Source: Bellilinea caldifistulae (GTDB lineage Bacteria; Chloroflexota; Anaerolineae; Anaerolineales; Anaerolineaceae). From it: 32,000 bases of DNA. Numbering within the stretch: position 1 is the first letter of the stretch; the number at the start of each line of letters is the position of its first letter. This document shows positions 8,627-16,551 of the stretch, one piece after another. A model generated the notes under the pieces. It was not told where the DNA came from. It searched no databases and saw nothing but the letters and a program-made list of their open reading frames with translations. The translations under genes were made by a program, and so were the position numbers. The stretch covers positions 90,001 to 122,000 of the forward strand of contig NZ_LGHJ01000011.1 of assembly GCF_001306055.1 (NCBI RefSeq), in the 5' to 3' direction.

Positions 8627-9622
8627 TCAATCCAACCGAATGCGTGGATCGAGAAAACTGTAAACGATATCCACGCTTAAATTGGCCAGCGCAATCAGCA
8701 CCGCGTAAATCAGGGTTGTACCCATAATCATCGAATAATCGCGCTGACCGATTGCCGTCACGTAGGCGCGCCCCATACCGGGGAAACCGAACATGGTTTC
8801 GATAATGAAAGAACCGGTCACCAAAGCTGCCAACGCCGGGCCAAGGATGGTGACAACGGGAATGAGCGAATTCTTAATCATGTGGCGCAGCACCACCACC
8901 CGCTCGGCAAGACCTTTGGAACGCGCCGTGCGGATGTAGTCCATGCGCATCACTTCCAGCATTGAACCGCGCATCAGACGCGCCGTGCGCGCCATCGTCC
9001 CAAAGCCAAGGATGACGGTAGGCAGAACCCAGACACTCACCTCATCCCAGCTGCGCGGCACAATGTTGACCCACTTGAGGGTCGAAGCAAACAGGATAAT
9101 CAAAAACAGCGCCATGACAAAATTTGGCACCGAAATGCCGATTGTCACGATGAACAAACTGACATAGTCAATGATGGTGTTCTGTTTAAGCGCTGCAATC
9201 ACACCCGCCGGGATGCCGATTGCCACCGCAAACAACAGAGCAAACACACCCAACCGCATCGAATAGCCAAAGCGGCTGTACAAAAAGTTTTTCCCCTCAG
9301 GGGGCATGAACAGAATTTGCTGAATGGTCAGGCCGCGCATGCGGTAAGAGGGGCCCAGATTGCCACAGACCAATCCGCAAACAAACTTACCTTGTTTGTT
9401 GAAATCTCCGATAACATACGCCACATACTGCCGCCAGAGGGGTTTGTCCAGCCCGTAATATTCATTGAGAATGCGCTGGGTGTTTTGATCCACCTGGCGG
9501 GCGGTCGTATCCCGATCCCACGGGCCGCCGGGTGCGCTGTGCATCAGGATGAAGGTTATCCCGGATACCACAATAATGACCGGGATCAGCCACAACAATC
9601 GCCGAATGAGATATTTACCCAT
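8627..9622 (-). CDS. Peptide/nickel ABC transporter permease (OppB/DppB type)
   Basis: 331-aa ORF with the MGKYLIRRLLWLIPVIIVVS N-terminus typical of DppB/OppB. The EAA region reads YIRTARSKGLAERVVVLRHMIKNSLIPV. AGGAGG lies before the downstream permease gene. Confidence 0.9.
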   Translation of the reverse strand: MGKYLIRRLLWLIPVIIVVSGITFILMHSAPGGPWDRDTTARQVDQNTQRILNEYYGLDKPLWRQYVAYVIGDFNKQGKFVCGLVCGNLGPSYRMRGLTIQQILFMPPEGKNFLYSRFGYSMRLGVFALLFAVAIGIPAGVIAALKQNTIIDYVSLFIVTIGISVPNFVMALFLIILFASTLKWVNIVPRSWDEVSVWVLPTVILGFGTMARTARLMRGSMLEVMRMDYIRTARSKGLAERVVVLRHMIKNSLIPVVTILGPALAALVTGSFIIETMFGFPGMGRAYVTAIGQRDYSMIMGTTLIYAVLIALANLSVDIVYSFLDPRIRLD

Positions 9623-9677
9623 CTACGGTTTTCCCTCATTTCGAGAATTACTCCCTGTCCTTCAACTTCACAGGGGG

Positions 9678-9713
9678 CTGGCTGGTTCTGCCCGGTCGGA
9701 CAGAACCAGCCAG
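9678..9713 (-). promoter_or_regulatory. Intra-operon stem-loop between the binding-protein gene and the permease genes
   Basis: Perfect 13-bp stem ctggctggttctg / cagaaccagccag with a 10-nt loop. No U-tract follows it on the minus strand. Confidence 0.5.
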
Positions 9714-9742
9714 TTGATCAAACCGTTGAAAACGGATGTCCC

Positions 9743-11548
9743 TTACGGGATCATCGAGGTGTCAATGGTGATGGAGAGCGGATCCACATCACCCGGCCAT
9801 CCGGCGTCCTGCGGGGTGAAGACGATGCCTTTGACCCACGGTTTCACCAGATAGGAGTTGACGTTGTTGACCATGAAGATCACCGCAGCGGTGTCCACCA
9901 GCAGCTTCTGAGCCTGATCGTAGTAGGTGAGGCGCTCTTGCGGATCGAGGGTGGTGTCGCCCTTCTTCATCAGAGCATCCATCTCCGCATTGGCGAAGCC
10001 ATAGCGGCGAGCAAACTCGGAAGTGGACATCCAGTACACACTCAGCCAGTTTTGAGGATCGGGATAGTCGGCGCACCAGCCGAGGTAGAAGACCTGCGGC
10101 AGGGTCTCGCGGTTCTTGGTCAGAGCGGTGTAAGCGGTCGGTTCGACCGGATCCAGCTCAACCTTGACGCCCAGATTCTGGCTCCACTGAGCAGCCAGCC
10201 ACTCGAAGCGGGTGCGGTTGCGGGCAGTACCGGAGAAGGTCAGCTTGATGGGCGGCAGATTCTCGAACGAGCCGTAGCTGGATTTAGCAATTGCTTCTTT
10301 GGCTTTTTCCAGATCGAAACCGTAGCGGGTCTCATTCGGGTCATAGCCGGGGAAGCCCTTGGGGATCCAGGTCAGGGTCGGGGAACCAAGCCCTTGCAGG
10401 ATGTCGGTCACCCACGCTTCGCGGTTGGTACCGTAGGCAAACGCTTCGCGGACTGGCTTTTCGTCAAAGGGCGGCTTGTCCTGATTCATGTAGAAAGCGA
10501 AGGTGCAGGAGCCGGGGTAGATTTGGGCTTCTTTGCTCAACACAGGATCCTGCTGGACAACGGCCAGGTCTTCGGCAACCAGCGGGACAATATCGAATTC
10601 ATTGTTTTTGTAGGCTTCAAACGCCACAGCACTGTCGGTGATGTAGGAGAACTCGATATCGTAGGTGGGAACACCGGCCCAGTAATTGGGATTCGGCACG
10701 AAGTAACCGCGCACGAAGGGTTCCAGAGTCTTGACGATGAAGGGGCCATTGCCGATGTGATACTTCGAGGAAGTCCACCAGATATCGCCACCTTCGGCAA
10801 TCAGTTCTTCCTTGGCGGGGTAGGTCACCCACAGGGAAAGCACGGTGTGCATGAAGGGCGCCGGTTCGCGTTCGGGGGTAGCCGGGTCGCCATCCAGACC
10901 GACTTTGAGAATCAGGCAGTCTTCCTGTTCGTAGTCGGTGCAGGGGTTGCCGTTCAGGTCAAGCGCTTTAACTTCCACGCCGTCCTTGAGGGCTTGCAGT
11001 TCTTCCTCGCTCAGGTTGGCCACATCGGCTTCGCGCCAGGCCACCGCACCGGCAATGTTGTCGGTGATGGCAGCGTATTCACCGGCAGTGGCCGGGTCAA
11101 TGTTGCGCAGAATGGAGTATTCAAAGCGCTTGGCGTTGAGGATGGTACCGTCACTGTACTTCAAACCCTTGCGCAGGGTGAAGGTCAGTTCGGTGGCGTC
11201 CTCGTTGTATTCCCACTTCTCCGCAGCACCGGGGACGGTGTTCAATTGCCCATCCAGTTTGGTCAGACCTTCGTAGATCAGTTTGAGGTGGGCAATTTCG
11301 TTGACGAAGGATGACTTCTGCGGATCAATGATGTCGGGCCAGGAGCCCAGATTGACACGCAGGACGGGCTGTTTGGCTTCGGGCTGCGCAGCAGCTGGAG
11401 TAGCGGTCACCACCACTTCGCGCACTTCGCCTTCCACCACCACCGTTTGAACGATGGTTTCGGGGGTTGCAGCGGCCGGCTGGCAGGCAGAAAGCACCAT
11501 GCTCGCCAGAATCAGCACAGACACAAAAACAAGCAATTTGGAACGCAT
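9743..11548 (-). CDS. ABC transporter substrate-binding lipoprotein, family 5 (peptide/nickel)
   Basis: 601-aa ORF. The signal peptide carries the lipobox LSAC (MRSKLLVFVSVLILASMVLSAC). The body resembles the SBP family 5 fold (...NPNYWAG..., ...GWCADYPDPQNWL...). AGGAGGAG precedes the ATG. Confidence 0.9.
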   Translation of the reverse strand: MRSKLLVFVSVLILASMVLSACQPAAATPETIVQTVVVEGEVREVVVTATPAAAQPEAKQPVLRVNLGSWPDIIDPQKSSFVNEIAHLKLIYEGLTKLDGQLNTVPGAAEKWEYNEDATELTFTLRKGLKYSDGTILNAKRFEYSILRNIDPATAGEYAAITDNIAGAVAWREADVANLSEEELQALKDGVEVKALDLNGNPCTDYEQEDCLILKVGLDGDPATPEREPAPFMHTVLSLWVTYPAKEELIAEGGDIWWTSSKYHIGNGPFIVKTLEPFVRGYFVPNPNYWAGVPTYDIEFSYITDSAVAFEAYKNNEFDIVPLVAEDLAVVQQDPVLSKEAQIYPGSCTFAFYMNQDKPPFDEKPVREAFAYGTNREAWVTDILQGLGSPTLTWIPKGFPGYDPNETRYGFDLEKAKEAIAKSSYGSFENLPPIKLTFSGTARNRTRFEWLAAQWSQNLGVKVELDPVEPTAYTALTKNRETLPQVFYLGWCADYPDPQNWLSVYWMSTSEFARRYGFANAEMDALMKKGDTTLDPQERLTYYDQAQKLLVDTAAVIFMVNNVNSYLVKPWVKGIVFTPQDAGWPGDVDPLSITIDTSMIP

Positions 11549-11695
11549 ATCTTTCTCCTCCTAGAGAAATTTGTGTAAAGTGGATACAGGCTTTGAAACC
11601 AGGGGGGTTTCTTCAGCAAAACAGGTTGCACGGCTTTCCTCCAGCCATCACCTCCTTTCAAATTTCCAAAACGAAACCAACACGAAGAAGATCCA

Positions 11696-12676
11696 TCAAA
11701 CCATGTGACAGGCAACCCAGTGCCCCGGCGCCACCTCGCGGAATTCCGGGCGCTGCTCGGCACAGATGGTATCGGCCAGCGGGCAGCGGGTGCGGAAGCG
11801 GCAGCCGGAAGGCGGGTTGATCGGAGAGGGAACATCCCCTTTCAGGATAATTCGCTGACGGCGCGCCTCAATCACCGGATCGGGAATCGGCACCGCCGAG
11901 AGCAGCGCCTGGGTATAGGGGTGCAACGGGTGATTATAAAGTTCGTGGCGGTCGGCCAGCTCCACCACCACCCCCAGGTACATCACCGCAATACGGTTAC
12001 TGATGTGGCGCACCATCGAAAGGTCATGGGCGATGAACAGGTAAGTCAAACCCATTTGGGCTTGCAGGTCTTCCAACAGGTTGACCACCTGCGCCTGAAC
12101 CGAAACATCCAGTGCCGAAATCGGCTCATCGCAGACAATAAAAGCCGGTTGCAGCGCCAGGGCGCGCGCCACACCCACCCGCTGACGCTGACCGCCGGAA
12201 AACTCGTGCGGGTAGCGGTTGGTATAAGCCGGGTTCAAACCCACCAGTCGCAGCAATTCTTCGGCGCGTTCCTGCGCCTCTTTCCGGTCAGCAATCCCAT
12301 GAATGATCAACGGCTCGCCGATGATCTGCCCAACGGTCATCCGCGGGTTGAGGCTGGCGTATGGATCCTGAAAGATCATTTGCATACGCCGGCGCATTTT
12401 GCGCAAATCCTCGCCTTTCAGCCCGACCAGATCCACACCCTCGAAAATCACGCTCCCCGAAGTGGGCCGGTACAATTGCAAAATGGCGCGGCCGGTAGTG
12501 GATTTACCGCAGCCCGATTCACCCACCAGCCCCAGCGTTTCACCGTGAAAGACATCAAAAGAAACTCCATCTACCGCCCTGACCGCACCGACCTGCCGCT
12601 GAATCAACGTTCCGCGCATGATCGGAAAGTGCTTGACCAGATCACGAACTTGAAGCAGAACTTCGGTGCTTGTCAT
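11696..12676 (-). CDS. Peptide ABC transporter ATP-binding protein (OppF/DppF type)
   Basis: 326-aa ORF with Walker [10 protein letters not shown], signature FSGGQRQR and Walker B FIVCDEP. The C-terminal oligopeptide-type extension carries 4 Cys. Confidence 0.9.
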   Translation of the reverse strand: MTSTEVLLQVRDLVKHFPIMRGTLIQRQVGAVRAVDGVSFDVFHGETLGLVGESGCGKSTTGRAILQLYRPTSGSVIFEGVDLVGLKGEDLRKMRRRMQMIFQDPYASLNPRMTVGQIIGEPLIIHGIADRKEAQERAEELLRLVGLNPAYTNRYPHEFSGGQRQRVGVARALALQPAFIVCDEPISALDVSVQAQVVNLLEDLQAQMGLTYLFIAHDLSMVRHISNRIAVMYLGVVVELADRHELYNHPLHPYTQALLSAVPIPDPVIEARRQRIILKGDVPSPINPPSGCRFRTRCPLADTICAEQRPEFREVAPGHWVACHMV

Positions 12677-13662
12677 GAACGTTCTCTCCCGGTTTCGGTA
12701 TCAACCCAACAGGCGGAATAATGGTCAGGGGAAACCTGCATAAGAGGGGGATTTTCATGCCAGCAGCGTTCCACCGCGTACTTGCAGCGCGGTGCAAACG
12801 GGCAGTAAGTGGGTTTTTCCAGCAGCACCGGTGGTAACCCATCAATCGAAACCAGCCGACGGCTGCCCGCCTCATCCATGCGTGGCAGGCTGCCGAGCAG
12901 CCCAATTGTGTAGGGGTGGGTTGGATGACCGTACAAATCACGCACGGGGGCGGTTTCGATGATGAAGCCGCCGTACATCACCGCCATGCGGTCGGCCAGA
13001 CCAGCAATCACCCCCAAATCATGGGTGATCCAGATGATCGCCATTCCCAGTTCGTCGCGCAGGCGTTTGACCAGATCCACAATCTGCGCCTGAATGGTCA
13101 CATCCAGCGCGGTGGTCGGTTCATCGGCAATCAGGATCTGCGGGTTGCAGACCAGCGCCATGGCAATCATCACCCGCTGGCGCATCCCGCCGGAAAACTG
13201 GTGCGGATAGTTATTCAAACGATCTTTGGGGTTGGGTATGCCGACTTTGGCGAGCATTTCCGCAACGCGGTCTTCGGCTTGTTTCTGGTTCAGCCCCATG
13301 TGCACTTCCAGTGGTTCGGATACCTGCCGGCCAATGGTCAACACCGGGTTGAAAGAAGTCATCGGGTCTTGAAAGACCATGCTGATCTGCGCCCCGCGGA
13401 TGTGGCGAATTTCCTCATCCGACATGGTCAGCAAATCGCGCCCCTGAAACAGGGCTTTACCGGCCGTGACTTTGCCAGGCGGCGAGGGAATCAGCCGCAG
13501 CATGGACATCACCGTCACGCTCTTGCCGCAGCCGCTTTCCCCCACAATTCCCAATGTTTCGCCTTCTTTCAGGCTGAAAGATACCCCATTAACTGCATGG
13601 ATAACCCCTTCACGGGTACGAAATTGCGTTTCCAGACCTTGCACTTGAAGAATTTCGGGCAT
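12673..13662 (-). CDS. Peptide ABC transporter ATP-binding protein (OppD/DppD type)
   Basis: 329-aa ORF with Walker [10 protein letters not shown], signature FSGGMRQR and Walker [13 protein letters not shown]. It has a 4-nt overlap with the next ATPase gene, and AGAGG lies 7 nt before the ATG. Confidence 0.9.
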   Translation of the reverse strand: MPEILQVQGLETQFRTREGVIHAVNGVSFSLKEGETLGIVGESGCGKSVTVMSMLRLIPSPPGKVTAGKALFQGRDLLTMSDEEIRHIRGAQISMVFQDPMTSFNPVLTIGRQVSEPLEVHMGLNQKQAEDRVAEMLAKVGIPNPKDRLNNYPHQFSGGMRQRVMIAMALVCNPQILIADEPTTALDVTIQAQIVDLVKRLRDELGMAIIWITHDLGVIAGLADRMAVMYGGFIIETAPVRDLYGHPTHPYTIGLLGSLPRMDEAGSRRLVSIDGLPPVLLEKPTYCPFAPRCKYAVERCWHENPPLMQVSPDHYSACWVDTETGRERS

Positions 13663-13745
13663 GCATTGACCTCTGGATTGGGCAGTGATTCAATTAGGAA
13701 AAATTGAGGGGATAATAATAGCCAATTGGTCGAGACACAAGTTGC

Positions 13746-13774
13746 ATTCTACACCTTAAGCGGGGTACTGTCAA
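13746..13774 (-). promoter_or_regulatory. Candidate sigma70-type promoter of the ABC importer operon
   Basis: The minus strand reads TTGACA (13774-13769), a 17-nt spacer, then TAGAAT (13751-13746). This implies a 5' UTR of about 75-80 nt before the ATG at 13662. Confidence 0.45.
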
Positions 13775-13905
13775 TTCAACCCCTGCGCCCGAAAGGGACA
13801 ACAGGGGTGAAGAATTTCCCATTTTTATTGGGAATATGTCATTACTTATTGGATGCTCCGTAAGGTAAAACTAGGAATGAAAGGGTTGAGCATTATAATT
13901 ACTGT

Positions 13906-14649
13906 ATGTATCATACTCCTTTTTTAGAAGAAATCAATACCCTTAATATCCAATTTTCGTTCTATTTCCGGCACGGCAATACCGCTCCGCTGCATGCCGG
14001 TAATGCTCAGCGCTTTCCTGCTGCATCCATCATCAAAATTCCAATTTTGCTGGCCTGGGTACTGCTCGAACGGCGCGGCGAGGTTAACCAGCGGGAAATT
14101 TGCTGCCTGGATGACGAACCGGAAGTGCATGGGGCTGGTTTTTCGTGGCTGTTACACGCCCGCCGCCTGCCTTACCACGATATCCTTCTGCTGATGATGG
14201 CACTTTCCGACAATCTTTGCACCAATCTGATTATCCGCCGCATCGGCCTGGAACGGCTTAACTCCCTCTTCCGGCAGGAGATGGGATTGACCGCCACCGA
14301 AATCCAGCGCAAATTGATGGACTTTGAAGCCCGCCAAAAGGGATTGGATAACTGGATCAGCGCACAAGACTGCATCCGCTTTTTTGAACTATTCGATGCG
14401 CTCACCCCCGCCGAAAAAGCCTGGGTTGAGCCGATGTTGCTGGTCAATCAGGATGATCTGCTGCTCAAACGCGACCTGCCGCGCGACGAGGTGGACTTTT
14501 ACCACAAAACCGGCTCGATTCCCGGCGTCCTGCACGACTGGGGATATACCCGCACCTGCCGCATCTTCCTCTTGACCAGCGGCGCACGAGATGAAACCGC
14601 CCTCTACCCCATCTTTGCCCAGGCCGGCAAACTGCTGCTGGAAAAATAA
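13906..14649 (+). CDS. Class-A beta-lactamase-related serine hydrolase, no signal peptide
   Basis: 247-aa ORF. The three class-A/PBP active-site boxes are present in order: S-x-x-K (ASIIK), S-D-N (ALSDN) and K-T-G (HKTGS). Confidence 0.8.
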   Translation: MYHTPFLEEINTLNIQFSFYFRHGNTAPLHAGNAQRFPAASIIKIPILLAWVLLERRGEVNQREICCLDDEPEVHGAGFSWLLHARRLPYHDILLLMMALSDNLCTNLIIRRIGLERLNSLFRQEMGLTATEIQRKLMDFEARQKGLDNWISAQDCIRFFELFDALTPAEKAWVEPMLLVNQDDLLLKRDLPRDEVDFYHKTGSIPGVLHDWGYTRTCRIFLLTSGARDETALYPIFAQAGKLLLEK

Positions 14650-14748
14650 ACCCCGACCAAGAGCTTTACTCTACCCCATCACACTGAATTTTTTGGGTTC
14701 GATTACGGTCTATTATTGATTGGTTTTATAGAATAAGTTAATAATCTG

Positions 14749-14777
14749 TTGAATTTCGATTGTTGATATTCTATAAT
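14749..14777 (+). promoter_or_regulatory. Near-consensus sigma70-type promoter upstream of the secreted two-gene module
   Basis: TTGAAT (14749-14754), a 17-nt spacer, then TATAAT (14772-14777), all inside a strongly AT-rich stretch. Confidence 0.5.
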
Positions 14778-14854
14778 TCAATTAAACCATGTCCAGACAA
14801 ACAGGGAGGTTTGTCGGCTGGCAGGCCAACGCGCCCCAAAACGCCTGCCTTCAC

Positions 14855-14887
14855 CGCCATCGGTCAACGTTGACCGGTGGCGTTTTT
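14855..14887 (+). terminator. Terminator-like hairpin + T5 inside the leader, 45 nt before the ATG at 14932 (candidate attenuator)
   Basis: An 11-bp GC-rich stem (14855-14865 / 14872-14882, one G-U pair) with the loop aacgtt is followed by TTTTT (14883-14887). Confidence 0.45.
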
Positions 14888-14931
14888 GATGTCGTGGCGC
14901 GGCTCTATCCTTTCAATTGGGGAGGTGTTTC

Positions 14932-16104
14932 ATGAAAAAGTTCGTCCATTTGCTCGTAATTTTGCTGGCAGTCGCCTGGCTGCTTGGCAACGGCACCCAA
15001 CTTGGGCAAGCGCAGGAAGGCAACCCACCCGCTGAAGAAACCAACGCCGAGGGAGATGTCTCCATTCAATCGGCTGTTCAGGGTTACATTCCTGTCCAGG
15101 GCCGCCTGACCGATGCGGCTGGCAACCCGATCAACGGCGCTCATCAGATTGCCGTGCGCATCTACGAAGTCCCTACAGGAGGCAGCGCCCGTTGCTCAAT
15201 CAGTACGCCGGTCAATTTAGATCATGGCCTCTTCACGGTTTTGGTGCCGTGTTCTTCTTCCGTGTTTATCGGAAACGAGTTGTACGCTGGTATCAGCGTG
15301 GATAGCGACTCCGAAATGACTCCTCGCCTGACAATTTACCCCGTTCCGTATGCCATGAGCCTGAAACCCGGCGCAATCATCACCAACACAACCGAAGGCC
15401 AAAGAGCGCTGGATGTCAAAAGCGATGTGGGCGGCGGTGCCAGCGGGGCTGCCCTGTGGGTGGAAAACCGCAGTACTGCCAACGGCATTGGCGAATGGGT
15501 CAAAGCCCGCGGTTCGGATGCCACGCTGGTAATCGAAAACACCAGCAGCGGCTCGTTGCTGAAAGCATTTGGCGGAGATGGCGGCGAGGATGAATTTCAA
15601 GTTACCAACAACGGCACAATCCAGGATAAAGCCGATTCGTATATCTTTGTGCCGGCCATTGAGGCAAAATCCACATCGGCAGACGATGTGATCAATTACT
15701 ACGGCGACGGCAGCATAACCGTTCAATACACATCAACCGGTATCAAAGGGCTTGTCTTTGGTATTCCTTTGCCGGCGGTGTTATACGGTCAACCGGTCAA
15801 AGTGGAAGAAGTGACCATTTTTTACGATGTTTCGAATGCGGGTAGTTCAATCAGCCGAACACAAGTCTTCAAGCAATTGACCAGCGGCAGAATCGGTGGT
15901 GGGCCGGCGTTCATGTACCTTGTGGACAACCCAACCACCCGCAATAGCACCACCTACACATCCTACTCACTTCCTGTAAACCAGTGGCTCAGCGATGAAA
16001 CCGGTTTTCTTACGGTTGCGTTGACGATTAACTACAACAGCACATCTCATTTTCTTGACTTCGGCGGGGTGCGCGTGCGGTTAGGGCACCATCCATTGTA
16101 CTAG
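14932..16104 (+). CDS. Secreted protein of unknown function, fibre/adhesin-like N-terminal module
   Basis: The ORF is 14917..16104. I place the start at the ATG at 14932, with GGAGG 8 nt upstream. The signal peptide is MKKFVHLLVILLAVAWLL...AQ. The N-terminal motif IPVQGRLTDAAGNPINGAHQIAVRIYEVPTGG...GLFTVLV...TPRLTIYPVPYA recurs in many uncharacterised surface or tail-fibre-like proteins as I remember them. Confidence 0.8.
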   Translation: MKKFVHLLVILLAVAWLLGNGTQLGQAQEGNPPAEETNAEGDVSIQSAVQGYIPVQGRLTDAAGNPINGAHQIAVRIYEVPTGGSARCSISTPVNLDHGLFTVLVPCSSSVFIGNELYAGISVDSDSEMTPRLTIYPVPYAMSLKPGAIITNTTEGQRALDVKSDVGGGASGAALWVENRSTANGIGEWVKARGSDATLVIENTSSGSLLKAFGGDGGEDEFQVTNNGTIQDKADSYIFVPAIEAKSTSADDVINYYGDGSITVQYTSTGIKGLVFGIPLPAVLYGQPVKVEEVTIFYDVSNAGSSISRTQVFKQLTSGRIGGGPAFMYLVDNPTTRNSTTYTSYSLPVNQWLSDETGFLTVALTINYNSTSHFLDFGGVRVRLGHHPLY

Positions 16105-16117
16105 GAAGGAACTCACC

Positions 16118-16396
16118 ATGAAAACACGCTGGTTCTTCCTCACTTTTATCCTGTTATTGCTGCTTTCACTGACCCTACCGGCCAGCGCCATGCAATCCGC
16201 CAGCTACAAAGTGGACTGGCTGGTGCCGATAACCGGCAGCGGCGGTAACGCGGCTTCATCATTTTACAGCGCCGATTTCACCCTCGGCCAAAGCGTAATC
16301 GGCAGCGAGAGCGGGGTAAACACCGCCGACTGCCTGGGTTACTGGTGCGGTTCAGGCGGCGAGTACTCTATCATGCTGCCCTTGATCACCCGCTGA
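16118..16396 (+). CDS. Small secreted protein of unknown function with an internal S-x-x-Y-x-x-D-[WF] repeat and a C-terminal IMLPLITR tail
   Basis: 92-aa ORF starting 13 nt after the previous stop, with AGGAAGGA upstream. The signal peptide is MKTRWFFLTFILLLLLSLTLPASA. Confidence 0.7.
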   Translation: MKTRWFFLTFILLLLLSLTLPASAMQSASYKVDWLVPITGSGGNAASSFYSADFTLGQSVIGSESGVNTADCLGYWCGSGGEYSIMLPLITR

Positions 16397-16430
16397 ACCC
16401 AGCGGCAAAGCGTCCATTAGCGCCCTCTGC

Positions 16431-16468
16431 AAAAAAAATAAGCCGGTGGTTGGGGAAAACCACCGGCT
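16431..16468 (-). terminator. Rho-independent terminator of the fusion-enzyme operon
   Basis: Minus strand: an 11-bp stem agccggtggtt / aaccaccggct (loop of 6 nt) is followed by TA + 8 T (plus-strand A-run 16431-16438). It lies 83 nt after the stop at 16552. Confidence 0.65.
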
Positions 16469-16551
16469 CTGCAGGGGTATTCATTGATGGGATTTTGTTT
16501 GGCTGGTTTGATGCTGCTGTTTCGTCCCCCTGCCCAATTGGTTTGACCGCC

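Noticed and set aside
7608-8663. 351-aa plus-strand ORF, plus similar long antisense ORFs at 11705..12721, 12916..13707, 25885..26844 and 30803..31771
   Set aside because: Each lies opposite a gene with clear family motifs (permease, two ABC ATPases, GGDEF protein, L,D-transpeptidase). Each translates into Arg/Gln/His/Pro-rich sequence with no recognisable domain, RBS or signal. I treat them as GC-driven shadow ORFs.
9317-11314. 665-aa ORF on the plus strand, the second-longest plus-strand ORF in the window
   Set aside because: It is entirely antisense to the well-supported substrate-binding lipoprotein gene (9743..11548) and the permease 5' end. Its translation is low-complexity (G/V/A/R-rich) with no motif, which is typical of shadow ORFs in high-GC DNA.
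13779-13808. Hairpin acccctg-cgcccgaaagggacaa-caggggt upstream of the importer promoter, plus a ttccca/tgggaa hairpin at about 13815-13835. Considered as a small RNA or terminator.
   Set aside because: There is no flanking U-tract and no gene to terminate. The position upstream of the -35 is equally compatible with a regulator site or with chance. The evidence is not enough for a feature call.
14780-14931. Possibility that the structured leader is a c-di-GMP (GEMM-type) riboswitch, given the GGDEF/HD-GYP genes nearby
   Set aside because: I could not find the conserved GNRA-tetraloop/receptor and junction sequences I remember for GEMM-I. The enzymes are also 8-10 kb away and not in the same unit. 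The leader is left as an unclassified structured leader in the findings.
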